Part shown: piece after piece, positions 55,621-64,000 of the stretch
Numbering within the stretch: position 1 is the first letter of the stretch
Layout of the letters: every line of letters begins with the position of its first letter
Origin: Bdellovibrionota bacterium FG-1
Lineage (GTDB): Bacteria; Bdellovibrionota; UBA1018
DNA: 64,000 nt
Assembly (NCBI GenBank): GCA_051382295.1
Contig: JBBCAW010000022.1
Coordinates: 1,074 to 65,073 of the forward strand
Direction of reading: 5' to 3'
Made by a program: the position numbers and the translations under genes
The notes under the pieces: generated by a model
What the model was told of the DNA's origin: nothing
The model's input: only the letters and a program-made list of their open reading frames with translations
Database searches by the model: none

Positions 55621-56325
55621 GTGAGAAATTTTATGACTAACCGACAAGTTCAAAGAAAACAAAAAATCGCCACCCTACTGACCCTCCTGGGTCTGGCCAC
55701 CCTTCTTTCGGCTTGCGGCTCCTCGGCCTACCCAGAAGGTTCGGGCACCGGCAGCGCCCCTGGAAACCAAACCACCAGCCCCACGCCCGATACTCCAGTA
55801 TACACGAGCGCAACTCCGACCCCCACGCCTGCAGCAACTTCGGCCGTGCAAGTCGGAACCTCCGATCAAACCTTTAGCTTCGTGATCGATGGCACCACCC
55901 CCTATACCTCGCCCAAAGTATCCACCGACTCTGTTCTTAAGGTCGTCGTCACCGCCGGAGACGAGCAAACCTTGGCAGGCACAGGTTATACGGTTGGATT
56001 TAATTGTGAAAAATTCACCATCACCGTTCTTGGACAATCGACCACCGCCTTTGTAAAACGTCCTAATTATACTGACGCCTGGCTCAACTATTGGGGCAGC
56101 GATCCGTGCGCGTCGGCCCAAGAGTCAGTGACTTTGGATTTTTCTGGCCGCTTAGCTCAAGGGCACAATCAAGTCACGATTCAGGTCTCCAACCCTATGT
56201 ATGATAATTGCCGCACCTCATACGATGTTTCACGAGGAGGCTGCCCTTTATCGAGTCTTTACACCTCTGGAATTCACCACACCGTAGGCGGCAACATCGA
56301 CGTACAAGTCAATTCGCTCAACTAA
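55621..56325 (+). CDS. Lipoprotein, unknown family (paralog of 54841..55491)
   Basis: Lipobox LLSAC and a Thr/Pro-rich linker. Start is GTG at 55621 or ATG at 55633. Confidence 0.6.
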   Translation: MRNFMTNRQVQRKQKIATLLTLLGLATLLSACGSSAYPEGSGTGSAPGNQTTSPTPDTPVYTSATPTPTPAATSAVQVGTSDQTFSFVIDGTTPYTSPKVSTDSVLKVVVTAGDEQTLAGTGYTVGFNCEKFTITVLGQSTTAFVKRPNYTDAWLNYWGSDPCASAQESVTLDFSGRLAQGHNQVTIQVSNPMYDNCRTSYDVSRGGCPLSSLYTSGIHHTVGGNIDVQVNSLN

Positions 56326-57403
56326 ATCGCCCGGCAACCACTCTGAACCAGCGGCGTGAGCACCGACTCCAGATTTTCTTGCTGGGGCTTTTGAAAACTC
56401 TTATCGGTGAGAGTCGCAATGGCCTTCATAAAGCGTTGACTATCGTCGCCGCACGCCTTCCACAGGGCCTCAAACTCCACGCCCCCCGTGCTGTAGGTCT
56501 TGAACTGAATTAAAGTCGCATTATTGATGTCGCGCCTAAAACCGAGTTCCTCTTTCGCTGCCGCCAGGATCCGTCCCTTTTCTTCGGTCTTATCAGACAC
56601 CGACTTGGACGAAGCATACAACGTCGCCAAGCTTTCATAAATTTCATGCAACCGCTTCTCGCGACGATGCCCTTCTTCAAGGCCCTTCAAGTAAGGTTCA
56701 CGTTCTTGCACGAGGCGCTGCCCCAGAAACTCAGCCGTCAACCGATCCGCCACGAAGCTTGCCACACTTTCATTAAAATAAGCCTGCCCATTCAGATACA
56801 CCGTCGCATGAACCGACTCGTGCAAAACCACGTTGACGAGATCTCCCAAAGCTTGTGCACCGTCCGGAATCATCGACGACAAAATCGCGTCCCGAAACCA
56901 ACCCAAAGTGGAATAAGCCCCGGCGCCGCGCAGATCCACATCCCAGTCCTCGGCCTTCAGTTCCGTAGCAAACCGCTTGGCGTCCTCCAAGTCAAACCAG
57001 CCCAAATACGGAAAGCGCCCCACAATCGGGAACGCCCACTCTTTGGATTTGAAATTCAATTTTTCGCAGGCACCCACCACCCACACCGCCGCCGGCCGAT
57101 CAAGCTGAACATACTCAGTGTAATTACTGGTGGGCTTTAGGCCCTTTTGCTCCCCAAAAGCTTTGATCGGAGCGACTTCCGCTAAAAGTTTCCGAATTCG
57201 AGGGGAAATTCGCTCGTTTTTGAGCACCTTTTCAATCGGCGTGGCGTGATTCAAAAGAGATAGCTGCCCCCGCGTCGCTTGCGTGAGATACCGTGCGGTC
57301 GTACAGCCGCTGAGGGAGACCAAAAAAAACAGGGCCAAACTAAAAGAAGCCCAACTAGAAGAAGAAAGAAAAGCCCGCGTTGAACCCGATATTATCTTTC
57401 CAA
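56322..57403 (-). CDS. Putative aminopeptidase lipoprotein (PF10023/DUF2265-like zinc peptidase)
   Basis: LHESVHATVYLNGQAYFNESVASFVADRL (HExxH plus FNES motif) and lipobox LVSLSGC. The ORF is open to 57797, but that would overlap the upstream OMP gene. Start unresolved, and the 5' coordinate given is approximate. Confidence 0.65.
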
Positions 57404-57939
57404 GTCGAAATATTTCCGCCCGTAAGATCGGCGTCCAACTCCCCTCGGAGGGCAAAACTTCGCGAAAGATTGATCCTAAGACCCGCCCCCAAAATAACCG
57501 TAATGGCATCCACTTCTGAAGCCGGGGCACCCGCACTTCCGTAATTGCCGCTCGCCTCTCGATTAAGCTGACCTGCACCAATCTTGAAATACGGATCCAC
57601 AGTGTAGGCTTTTCCCAAAAGCGATTGGACCCAATTGACCGAGTAAACTTGATCATGAAACGTTGTATCCTCATAACTCGTAATCGCGGTCCGTTGTACC
57701 ACGTCTTGAAAGGAGAATTCAAACTCGGATCTCTCACTAAAATGATAACCGAATGAGGCACCCCACCGTCGGGTCCAACTGAAATTGCCGCTACCATAAT
57801 CGGTACGACTGTACGAAAATCCGTTCGAGAGCTCGAATTTCCCGGCTAAGGCCTCCTGAGGTGCCGCGATCATCGCTAACCCCAATAAGATTCCAAATAG
57901 AGCCACGGTTACCACACTTAAAGATCTTTGATTTTCCAT
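57355..57939 (-). CDS. Small outer-membrane beta-barrel protein (OmpA-barrel/OMP_b-brl-like)
   Basis: ATG at 57939 is preceded by AAGGAG. Signal peptide ends ..APQEALA, with alternating beta pattern and C-terminal GFNAGFSFFF. Confidence 0.7.
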   Translation of the reverse strand: MENQRSLSVVTVALFGILLGLAMIAAPQEALAGKFELSNGFSYSRTDYGSGNFSWTRRWGASFGYHFSERSEFEFSFQDVVQRTAITSYEDTTFHDQVYSVNWVQSLLGKAYTVDPYFKIGAGQLNREASGNYGSAGAPASEVDAITVILGAGLRINLSRSFALRGELDADLTGGNISTWKDNIGFNAGFSFFF

Positions 57940-57967
57940 ACCCTCTCCTTGGGCGCTATTGTCACGC

Positions 57968-59170
57968 TTAGTCCTCCCGGATTCGCGAAAGCTCATCGAT
58001 GAGCCTGTGCTTTTCGCGATCTGGCGAATTTCTATCCATATCTTTGACATCGACTCCAAACCTTTTGCCTTTGCCAAATTTCTTCTTGGGAAACAGAATT
58101 TTTTCTCCGGCCGGCGCTCCCGCCACCATGCGATTAACCCAATGATCCCGCAGCGTCGTGCCGGCGCTCTTGGTCTCGGTACGATCGACTTCCTCCGCCG
58201 GATCCGTCCAGCCCGCATCATCACGGGAGTATTCCTTGGCCTTCACTTTGCGCGCTTTGGCCTGAATTTCCTCGCGGATCGTCGGGGCCATCGAGGCCGG
58301 ATTGCGTCCTCCCGGCTTGGAAGCGCCAGGCAGTTTACGATTAGCCGCAAGCCGGGCGGCGACTTCTTCTTCGGTTTCATCGATCACAAGTTCAGCGGCA
58401 AAGGTGCGCTCTTGCCGATCCGTGACATTTTGTTTGGCCGTCTCTCGTTCGTAGGTAGGCACCCGAAGTTCGGCTAATTTAGGCCGAAGCGCCGCTACTC
58501 CCAATGCATGCGGAATACTCGGCACCACTCGTTGAAGCTTAAGATTCAGGGAAGTCGACTCCCCCGCATGAACCACGACTTCACGAGAGGTCTCAAAACG
58601 GTTCTGAAATTTCGAGGTCCCCCTGAGGGTGATGACCTGGGTTTCGTCATCCTCGCGGCTATAAACCACGATCATCGATCCGCCATCGCCCACCGAGGCA
58701 CGAGCGTTGGTCGTAATGATCCGAAATTCTGGCGTACCTTTGGGAGCATGGACATACGCCTCGCCCCGATACAAAACAACGTGGTCCCCTGACGCCTGGC
58801 CATCCGGATTGTTCTCAGTAAACTGGGCAAACGCGCCCTGCCCCAAATGAATACGCTGGCCATCGCGATGATGGAGTTCAATGGCGCCGCTCTTCAGGGA
58901 CACCCACCCCCCGCAAGGAACGGGCGCCTGTTTCGCCGTCGGCAGCAAATGGGTTCTCGACGAATCCAAGATATCCGCCTCTCCCGTAATGTTTTGAATG
59001 ATGGCGCAAGGCACGGCCACGGATTGCTGGGTATCTACTTCACGGGCATGCAAGACCGGCCCCCCTTGGGTCAACCAAAGGCTGCAGACCGCAACCATCA
59101 ACAGTGGAGGTGATATTTTATTTTTCTGACGCCACTCCACGATGAACCTCCGTGCGCCTAGATTGAGCAT
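57968..59170 (-). CDS. FecR-domain protein with long charged C-terminal extension
   Basis: GGWVSLKSGAIELHHRDGQRIHLGQGAFAQF...VVLYRGEAYVHAP matches the FecR (PF04773-like) pattern. Start is 59170 or 59098. Confidence 0.55.
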   Translation of the reverse strand: MLNLGARRFIVEWRQKNKISPPLLMVAVCSLWLTQGGPVLHAREVDTQQSVAVPCAIIQNITGEADILDSSRTHLLPTAKQAPVPCGGWVSLKSGAIELHHRDGQRIHLGQGAFAQFTENNPDGQASGDHVVLYRGEAYVHAPKGTPEFRIITTNARASVGDGGSMIVVYSREDDETQVITLRGTSKFQNRFETSREVVVHAGESTSLNLKLQRVVPSIPHALGVAALRPKLAELRVPTYERETAKQNVTDRQERTFAAELVIDETEEEVAARLAANRKLPGASKPGGRNPASMAPTIREEIQAKARKVKAKEYSRDDAGWTDPAEEVDRTETKSAGTTLRDHWVNRMVAGAPAGEKILFPKKKFGKGKRFGVDVKDMDRNSPDREKHRLIDELSRIRED

Positions 59171-59993
59171 TGACCCAGCCCGCCTCAGTGGAGCGAGGAT
59201 GATGATCTATCAACTCTGTCAACCAAAACTGGGCTTTCGAATGTTTGCCGGTACGATTGGCCGCCAAGGCCTTCCACAACCGTGCATGAGCTTGAAACGG
59301 AACCGTTTCTTCAGACTCCGCGGCCTTGAGCACCTGGTCGAAATACCGCTCCGCCATGGTATAATTGTCGAGGCGATACCAACTCACACCCGTCATCAGA
59401 TAATTTTTGGGGGTTTTAAAAGCGTCATCATTATCCATCCCCGTTAAAAAAGTCAGGATAACGGCCGCTTTTTCGTCTTCGCGCGCCTTGAAGTAAGAAA
59501 CCCCTAAAGTATAAAGCTGGCTAGGCATCAAATTAGTGGGAACTTGGTACTGAATACTGACCAAATCACGCCCAACCGCACTTCCGGTTTCGGCGTCCAA
59601 TTTGTGCTCCAAAGCTCTGGTCCGGCTCGAAGCATCTTGGCCTCGGCAACTAAACTGCTTATTTTCAAGTTCCAACCTGAGATGAGCATTTTCGAGCTTC
59701 AGACGATCGTTTTCGACATCGATTTTACGAAAAGACTCGATTTTTTCCTGAGCACTTTCAAAGGCTTCTGAATAAGTACCCAAAACCCACTTCAGCACCC
59801 CGGGCGAGTTCGAGACTGGCTTGGCCTGAGTGTGCACGCCCGAAGTATGCTTAGAAAGGCCGACCTTGCCACTCACGACAAGTAGCCCCCCCGTCACAGA
59901 AATGACAGCCAGGCCGGTCATTCCCACGACGAATGTGCGGCGCTTAGCGGTCCAAAAAGTCTTAATTTTCTCTACGAGTTCTTTACGGTCCAT
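59118..59993 (-). CDS. Membrane-anchored coiled-coil/TPR protein
   Basis: N-terminal TM helix, a coiled-coil segment (NDRLKLENAHLRLELENK) and TPR-like C-terminus. Confidence 0.55.
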   Translation of the reverse strand: MDRKELVEKIKTFWTAKRRTFVVGMTGLAVISVTGGLLVVSGKVGLSKHTSGVHTQAKPVSNSPGVLKWVLGTYSEAFESAQEKIESFRKIDVENDRLKLENAHLRLELENKQFSCRGQDASSRTRALEHKLDAETGSAVGRDLVSIQYQVPTNLMPSQLYTLGVSYFKAREDEKAAVILTFLTGMDNDDAFKTPKNYLMTGVSWYRLDNYTMAERYFDQVLKAAESEETVPFQAHARLWKALAANRTGKHSKAQFWLTELIDHHPRSTEAGWVNAQSRRTEVHRGVASEK

Positions 59994-60085
59994 CTCAAGA
60001 CCCTAATCGGATAACGAGAGGATGAACTTAAGAGATTTGTGGACTTCCCCTCCAGTTATGCGAAATAGAGGGGGAGAAAAAAGCC

Positions 60086-61861
60086 ATGGAAAGATTTGCG
60101 AAACTAGCTGCCCAAGCCCTCAATCAGGTTCTAGAAAACCCAATCGGCCCAGCCGACCTGGAAATGCCCCCTGACCCAAAACTGGGAGACTTTGCCTTTC
60201 CCTGCTTTAAGCTGGCTAAACTCTTTCGAAAAAGCCCCCCTCAGGTCTCCGCCCAAATCGCAGCCGAGATCCAGACCCAAGCCTCCCTACCCGCGCACCT
60301 ATCGGTGGCGGCGGTTGGACCCTATGTCAATTTTACAGTCACGCCCGACCAAGTTCTCAAATCTTTGCTCAACGATCTATTGCAAGGCCCGCAACAGGGA
60401 TCCTATGGCTCCTTACCCGCCAAAAGCCGCGGAACCTGGGTTTTGGAGTATAGCTCCCCTAACGTGGCTAAACCCCTCAATATTTACCATCTACGGCCGA
60501 CGGCCCTCGGAGCCGCGCTTGATCGAATTGGCCGATTTCGTGGCTACCACGTGGTCTCAATCAATCACCTGGGTGATTGGGGCAAACAATACGGCATGCT
60601 CACCGTAGCCTTCCGACTTTTTGGCAAAACGCTCAAAGACGAGCTCGGAATGATGGAACTGGTCGATCTCTACGTCAAAATCAACCAGGCCGCTGAAAAA
60701 GACCCCTCCATTGAAGAAGAAGCCCGCAACGCTTTTCTGAAGCTCGAACAGGGAGACCCTGCAGTCACCGCGCTTTGGCAAAAATGCGTGGATATCTCCA
60801 TCCTCGAATTTAATCGAATCTATGCGCGCTTGGGTGTGAACTTTGATCACATCTGGGGCGAAAGCTTTTATAAAACCCAGCTTCAACCTTTGCTCAGCGA
60901 CCTCAAAACCCGCGGTCTACTCATTGAAAGCGAAGGTGCCCAGGTCGTCCCTGTCACGGATGAAAGTGGCAAGGAACTTCCGCCCTGCATTCTGCAAAAA
61001 AGCGATGGCGCTACGATTTACGCCACGCGGGATGTGGCGGCCGCTATTTATCGGTTTCAGCAATTCAACTTTGACCGGATGACCTACATTGTGGGTGGCG
61101 AGCAAAAGCTCCATTTCCAGCAAGTTTTTTCAGTCCTGCGGCAAATGGGCCAAGAATGGGTCTCCCGCTGCGAACACGTCCCGACCGGCCTCTATCGCTT
61201 CAAAGACGCAAAAATGTCGACTCGAAAAGGCAATTTTGTAACGCTCGAAGAAGTTCTGGAACTCGCCAAACAACGAGTCGCGCAACTCATTCAGGAAAGA
61301 GCACAAGGCAACGACGCCGCCGCATCTCACGCCGCTCAGGCTCATGCCACCGCCGCACAGTCCGCAACAGATATCACCGAAGCGGTTGCGATCGGTGCCG
61401 TCGTATTTCACGACCTTTCGACCGATCCCGCCCGGGATGTGGAATTCGACGTCGAACGCGTGGTGGACTTCGAAGGCGAGACCGGCCCCTACCTCCAATA
61501 TGCCCATACCCGTTGCCTCAGCATTTTGCGCAAGGCGCGTGAAACGGGGGTTTTTCCGACAACCTTGTTTTCAGAGCGGGCGGTTGAGCGCCTGCAAAAG
61601 CCTGAAGAAATCGCGCTCGTGAAAATCCTAGGACAATTCCCCCTTCATTTAGAACGATCCCTCACGCTCGCCAAGGCCAGCCAGCTCGCGCACTACCTGA
61701 TCGATGTCACCAAAGCCTTTGGCGCGTTTTATCGCGAATGCCATGTCCTCGGCGAAGAACTCGAACTCACGCAAGCCCGGCTCATGCTGGTCGAAGCCAC
61801 GCGACGGATTTTGGCGCAAGGGCTGACGTTGATGCTGATTCCATTGCCGGAGCGCATGTAG
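60086..61861 (+). CDS. argS: Arginine--tRNA ligase
   Basis: 591 aa. SSPNVAKPLNIYHLR (HIGH region), DGATIYATRD and C-terminal DALR anticodon-binding pattern ending ...PERM. Confidence 0.95.
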   Translation: MERFAKLAAQALNQVLENPIGPADLEMPPDPKLGDFAFPCFKLAKLFRKSPPQVSAQIAAEIQTQASLPAHLSVAAVGPYVNFTVTPDQVLKSLLNDLLQGPQQGSYGSLPAKSRGTWVLEYSSPNVAKPLNIYHLRPTALGAALDRIGRFRGYHVVSINHLGDWGKQYGMLTVAFRLFGKTLKDELGMMELVDLYVKINQAAEKDPSIEEEARNAFLKLEQGDPAVTALWQKCVDISILEFNRIYARLGVNFDHIWGESFYKTQLQPLLSDLKTRGLLIESEGAQVVPVTDESGKELPPCILQKSDGATIYATRDVAAAIYRFQQFNFDRMTYIVGGEQKLHFQQVFSVLRQMGQEWVSRCEHVPTGLYRFKDAKMSTRKGNFVTLEEVLELAKQRVAQLIQERAQGNDAAASHAAQAHATAAQSATDITEAVAIGAVVFHDLSTDPARDVEFDVERVVDFEGETGPYLQYAHTRCLSILRKARETGVFPTTLFSERAVERLQKPEEIALVKILGQFPLHLERSLTLAKASQLAHYLIDVTKAFGAFYRECHVLGEELELTQARLMLVEATRRILAQGLTLMLIPLPERM

Positions 61862-61865
61862 GGGC

Positions 61866-61965
61866 GAAATTTTCGGTAAGGGGCTCGGGGTCGTCCTTCC
61901 TTGGACTCCGCGCGAAAACGCGCTTCCTGCGCGCGCGGATCCCCTCACCCTTACCGAAAAATTTC
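61866..61965. repeat. ~100-bp MITE-like palindromic element, copy 1
   Basis: Terminal inverted repeats GAAATTTTCGGTAAGGG / CCCTTACCGAAAAATTTC and a central GCGCG-aaaa-CGCGC hairpin. Confidence 0.75.
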
Positions 61966-62111
61966 TAACGTGGGAACCGAGGGGCCGGGGGAGGACCGCC
62001 TCCGCCCGCAAGTCCGCCCTGGCCATAAAAATCGCCCAAAGCGGCCCGCCCCTTTAAATCGAAGGCGACGCACTATTGCCGCAAGGGCTCCTTCGCCGTA
62101 GGCGTCTACAG

Positions 62112-62210
62112 GGAATTCTCGGGGAGGGTGAGGGAATCTGCGCGCGCATGGATGCGCGCTTGCGCAGAGGTCAGGAAGACCGGCTCCCGACACCCCTCAC
62201 CGAGAATTCC
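62112..62210. repeat. ~100-bp MITE-like palindromic element, copy 2 (inverted relative to copy 1)
   Basis: GGAATTCTCGG...CCGAGAATTCC termini. Aligns along its full length with the reverse complement of copy 1 (shared TCGG..AGGGTGAGGG..TC.GCGCGCGCA..GGA.GCGCG..GCGC). Confidence 0.75.
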
Positions 62211-62215
62211 TGACC

Positions 62216-64000
62216 TCACTCATACCTCAGCGCATCAATAGGATGCAGCGCCGAAGCTTTTTTCGCGGGATAACTCCCGAACACCACGCCAATCGTAGCC
62301 GAAAACCCAAAGGCCATCAGAACGGTCCAAGGCGAAACCGATGCCGGCCAACCTGCAAAAATCGTCAACAGCACGGTAATCAGCCAACCTAAAAATATTC
62401 CACAAACGCCGCCCACGGCGCTGACAACGACGGATTCCATCAAAAACTGAGAGAGGATATCCCAACGTCGTGCGCCCACGGCTTTTCGAAGACCAATTTC
62501 ACGAGTCCGCTCAGTGACCGAAACGAGCATGATGTTCATGATGCCGATTCCGCCCACCAAAAGAGAAATCGCCGCGATACACGCGAGCAAAAGCGACATC
62601 GTCTTACTACTCTCGGACAGCGCAGCCTGAATGTCCGCCATATTCCGTATTTGAAAAGCGTCTTGGCGCTGCGAGACTGAAAGCTTATGCCGCGACGCCA
62701 TGAGTTCCAAAATCGCCTTTTGGGCCGACTCGATATTCAGCGAACTCCCCACCTCGATGTCGATGTAATCCACATAATTTTTGCCAAACAGACGCTTCAT
62801 CGCAGTATTGACCGGAATCAAAATAATATCATCCTGATCCCGAAAGCCATTAGCCCCCTTCTCAGGCAAAATCCCGATGACCTGAAAACCCACCCGATTG
62901 ATCTTGATCGTCGCACCGACTGGATCCTCGGTGCCAAAGAGCTCTCGCACCACGGTCGCGCCAATCACGGCGACTCGGCTGCGCTTGAGATTCTCTTCAG
63001 GAAGAAAAAACCGACCCACCTCTGGCTCAGACGCATGCATCCGCGCATAAGAGCCACTCGCTCCTAAAACCTGCGTGCTCCAGTTTTTATCCCGATAAGC
63101 CACTTGCCCTCGACCATTCACGTTAGACGAAACTTCGCGAATCGTCGAAATCTGATCCTTAATTGTCGCGGTGTCTTCCGCCGTCAAACGAGTGGTTGAT
63201 CCCGCCTCCTGCGCGACCCCTCCCACTCGCACCGCCCCAGGACGCAACACCAGAAGATTCGAACCCAAAGAAGCCAACTGATTTTCGATTGCGGTTTGCG
63301 CACCCTTGCCAATTGCGAGCATCGCCACCACGGCCGCGACGCCAATTAAAATCCCCAACATCGAAAGCGCGGTGCGAACTTTATTAGCCGCCAACGTCTT
63401 AAATCCTTGCCGTAAATGCTCAAAGAACTCGGCCATCCAGCCGCCACCGATTGCATTTACCGCTAAGAGCTGCCCTGACCCCGCATCATTTCCAGCAAAG
63501 TTCGCCATCGGAACCAACCGCTCATCCGACTGCACGACACCATCGCGCATTCGAATCCGCCGCTTGGCCTGCGCTCCGATTTCTTCTTCATGGGTCACAA
63601 TCACAATGGTGATACCCTGCGAGTTCAGCGTTTTAAGAATTCCCATGATTTCTTTTTCGCTGATCGAATCTAAATTTCCCGTCGGCTCGTCCGCCAAAAT
63701 AATCTTAGGCTGGTTCACCAAAGACCGCGCGATCGCCACCCGCTGTTGTTGACCGCCCGAAAGTTCATTAGTTTTGTGAAAAAGGCGATCCCCCAGCCCT
63801 ACCTTTCCCAATAAATCTTTCGCTTTATCGAGATCCGGACGTTTTTCTGAATAAAGTAGCGGTAACGCGACATTTTCGACCGCGGTCATCCGCGGCAATA
63901 AATTAAACTGCTGAAAGATAAACCCGATCTTCCCTCGCCTGAAAATGGCCAACTCATCTTCCGTGAGTCGAGAAACCTCTTTGCCATCGATGCGATAAGA
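62216..64000 (-). CDS. MacB-type ABC exporter (fused ATPase + FtsX-like permease); N-terminus lies beyond the window end
   Basis: Frame stays open through nt 64000. ABC signature LSGGQQQR, Walker B ILADEPTGNLD, followed by a 4-TM FtsX-type permease with a large periplasmic loop. Confidence 0.9.
   Translation of the reverse strand, partial: SYRIDGKEVSRLTEDELAIFRRGKIGFIFQQFNLLPRMTAVENVALPLLYSEKRPDLDKAKDLLGKVGLGDRLFHKTNELSGGQQQRVAIARSLVNQPKIILADEPTGNLDSISEKEIMGILKTLNSQGITIVIVTHEEEIGAQAKRRIRMRDGVVQSDERLVPMANFAGNDAGSGQLLAVNAIGGGWMAEFFEHLRQGFKTLAANKVRTALSMLGILIGVAAVVAMLAIGKGAQTAIENQLASLGSNLLVLRPGAVRVGGVAQEAGSTTRLTAEDTATIKDQISTIREVSSNVNGRGQVAYRDKNWSTQVLGASGSYARMHASEPEVGRFFLPEENLKRSRVAVIGATVVRELFGTEDPVGATIKINRVGFQVIGILPEKGANGFRDQDDIILIPVNTAMKRLFGKNYVDYIDIEVGSSLNIESAQKAILELMASRHKLSVSQRQDAFQIRNMADIQAALSESSKTMSLLLACIAAISLLVGGIGIMNIMLVSVTERTREIGLRKAVGARRWDILSQFLMESVVVSAVGGVCGIFLGWLITVLLTIFAGWPASVSPWTVLMAFGFSATIGVVFGSYPAKKASALHPIDALRYE

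Noticed and set aside
57940-58224. N-terminal extensions in the ORF track: 57355..58224, 36011..36853, 53788.., 53355..53789, 13253..14101, 8667..9905.
   Set aside because: Internal ATGs with good SD sequences give proteins that start at the signal peptide or conserved domain and remove overlaps with neighbouring genes. The extensions are Arg-rich and motif-free.
61649-62193. Three ORFs (125, 66 and 80 aa) predicted across the argS-macB intergenic region.
   Set aside because: They run through the two inverted MITE-like repeats, overlap each other on both strands, and translate to Arg/Gly/Pro-rich nonsense.
1-64000. Prophage, IS element, integrative element or rRNA/tRNA genes.
   Set aside because: I could find no integrase, transposase, capsid/terminase-like ORFs, tRNA cloverleaf or rRNA-like stretch by eye. 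The only mobile-looking signals are the short non-coding repeat families reported above.

Overview
This is a 64-kb chromosomal window from a Gram-negative bacterium, judging by outer-membrane beta-barrels, a TonB-like protein, many lipoboxes and heavy sigma-54 use. The gene content looks Bdellovibrio-like or delta-proteobacterial, but that is only an impression. I count about 55 protein-coding genes and recognise no rRNA, tRNA, CRISPR array, transposase or integrase. Housekeeping content: pntAA-pntAB-pntB, PIN-PhoH ATPase, aminotransferase-coaD-rsmD, metG, argS, an IorAB + ADP-forming acyl-CoA synthetase + HisC-like aminotransferase operon, an NtrC-type two-component pair, an HD-GYP protein, a MacB-like ABC exporter cut by the 3' edge and a GH94 fragment cut by the 5' edge. 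Accessory content: hicAB, DUF2442, a DUF4143 AAA ATPase, CYTH, TPMT and a truncated M55 peptidase. The most interesting signals are non-genic. (i) The perfect 18-bp palindrome AACACCGACGTCGGTGTT occurs four times, as two pairs that bracket two co-oriented accessory gene blocks of about 3.6 and 3.9 kb. (ii) Just outside one block lies a strictly 51-bp-phased array of four ACTGCC-N7-GGCAG dyads, upstream of a sigma-54 promoter. (iii) Four near-consensus sigma-54 promoters sit in front of small secreted or lipoprotein genes, two with almost leaderless geometry. (iv) A 31-bp repeat occurs twice, and one copy coincides with the truncation point of a peptidase gene. (v) Two inverted MITE-like elements of about 100 bp lie between argS and macB. 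(vi) A 940-aa protein is colinear with Eco57I/PglX-type DNA methyltransferases but has every catalytic motif substituted. All functional calls come from by-eye motif recognition; no database search or folding computation was run.
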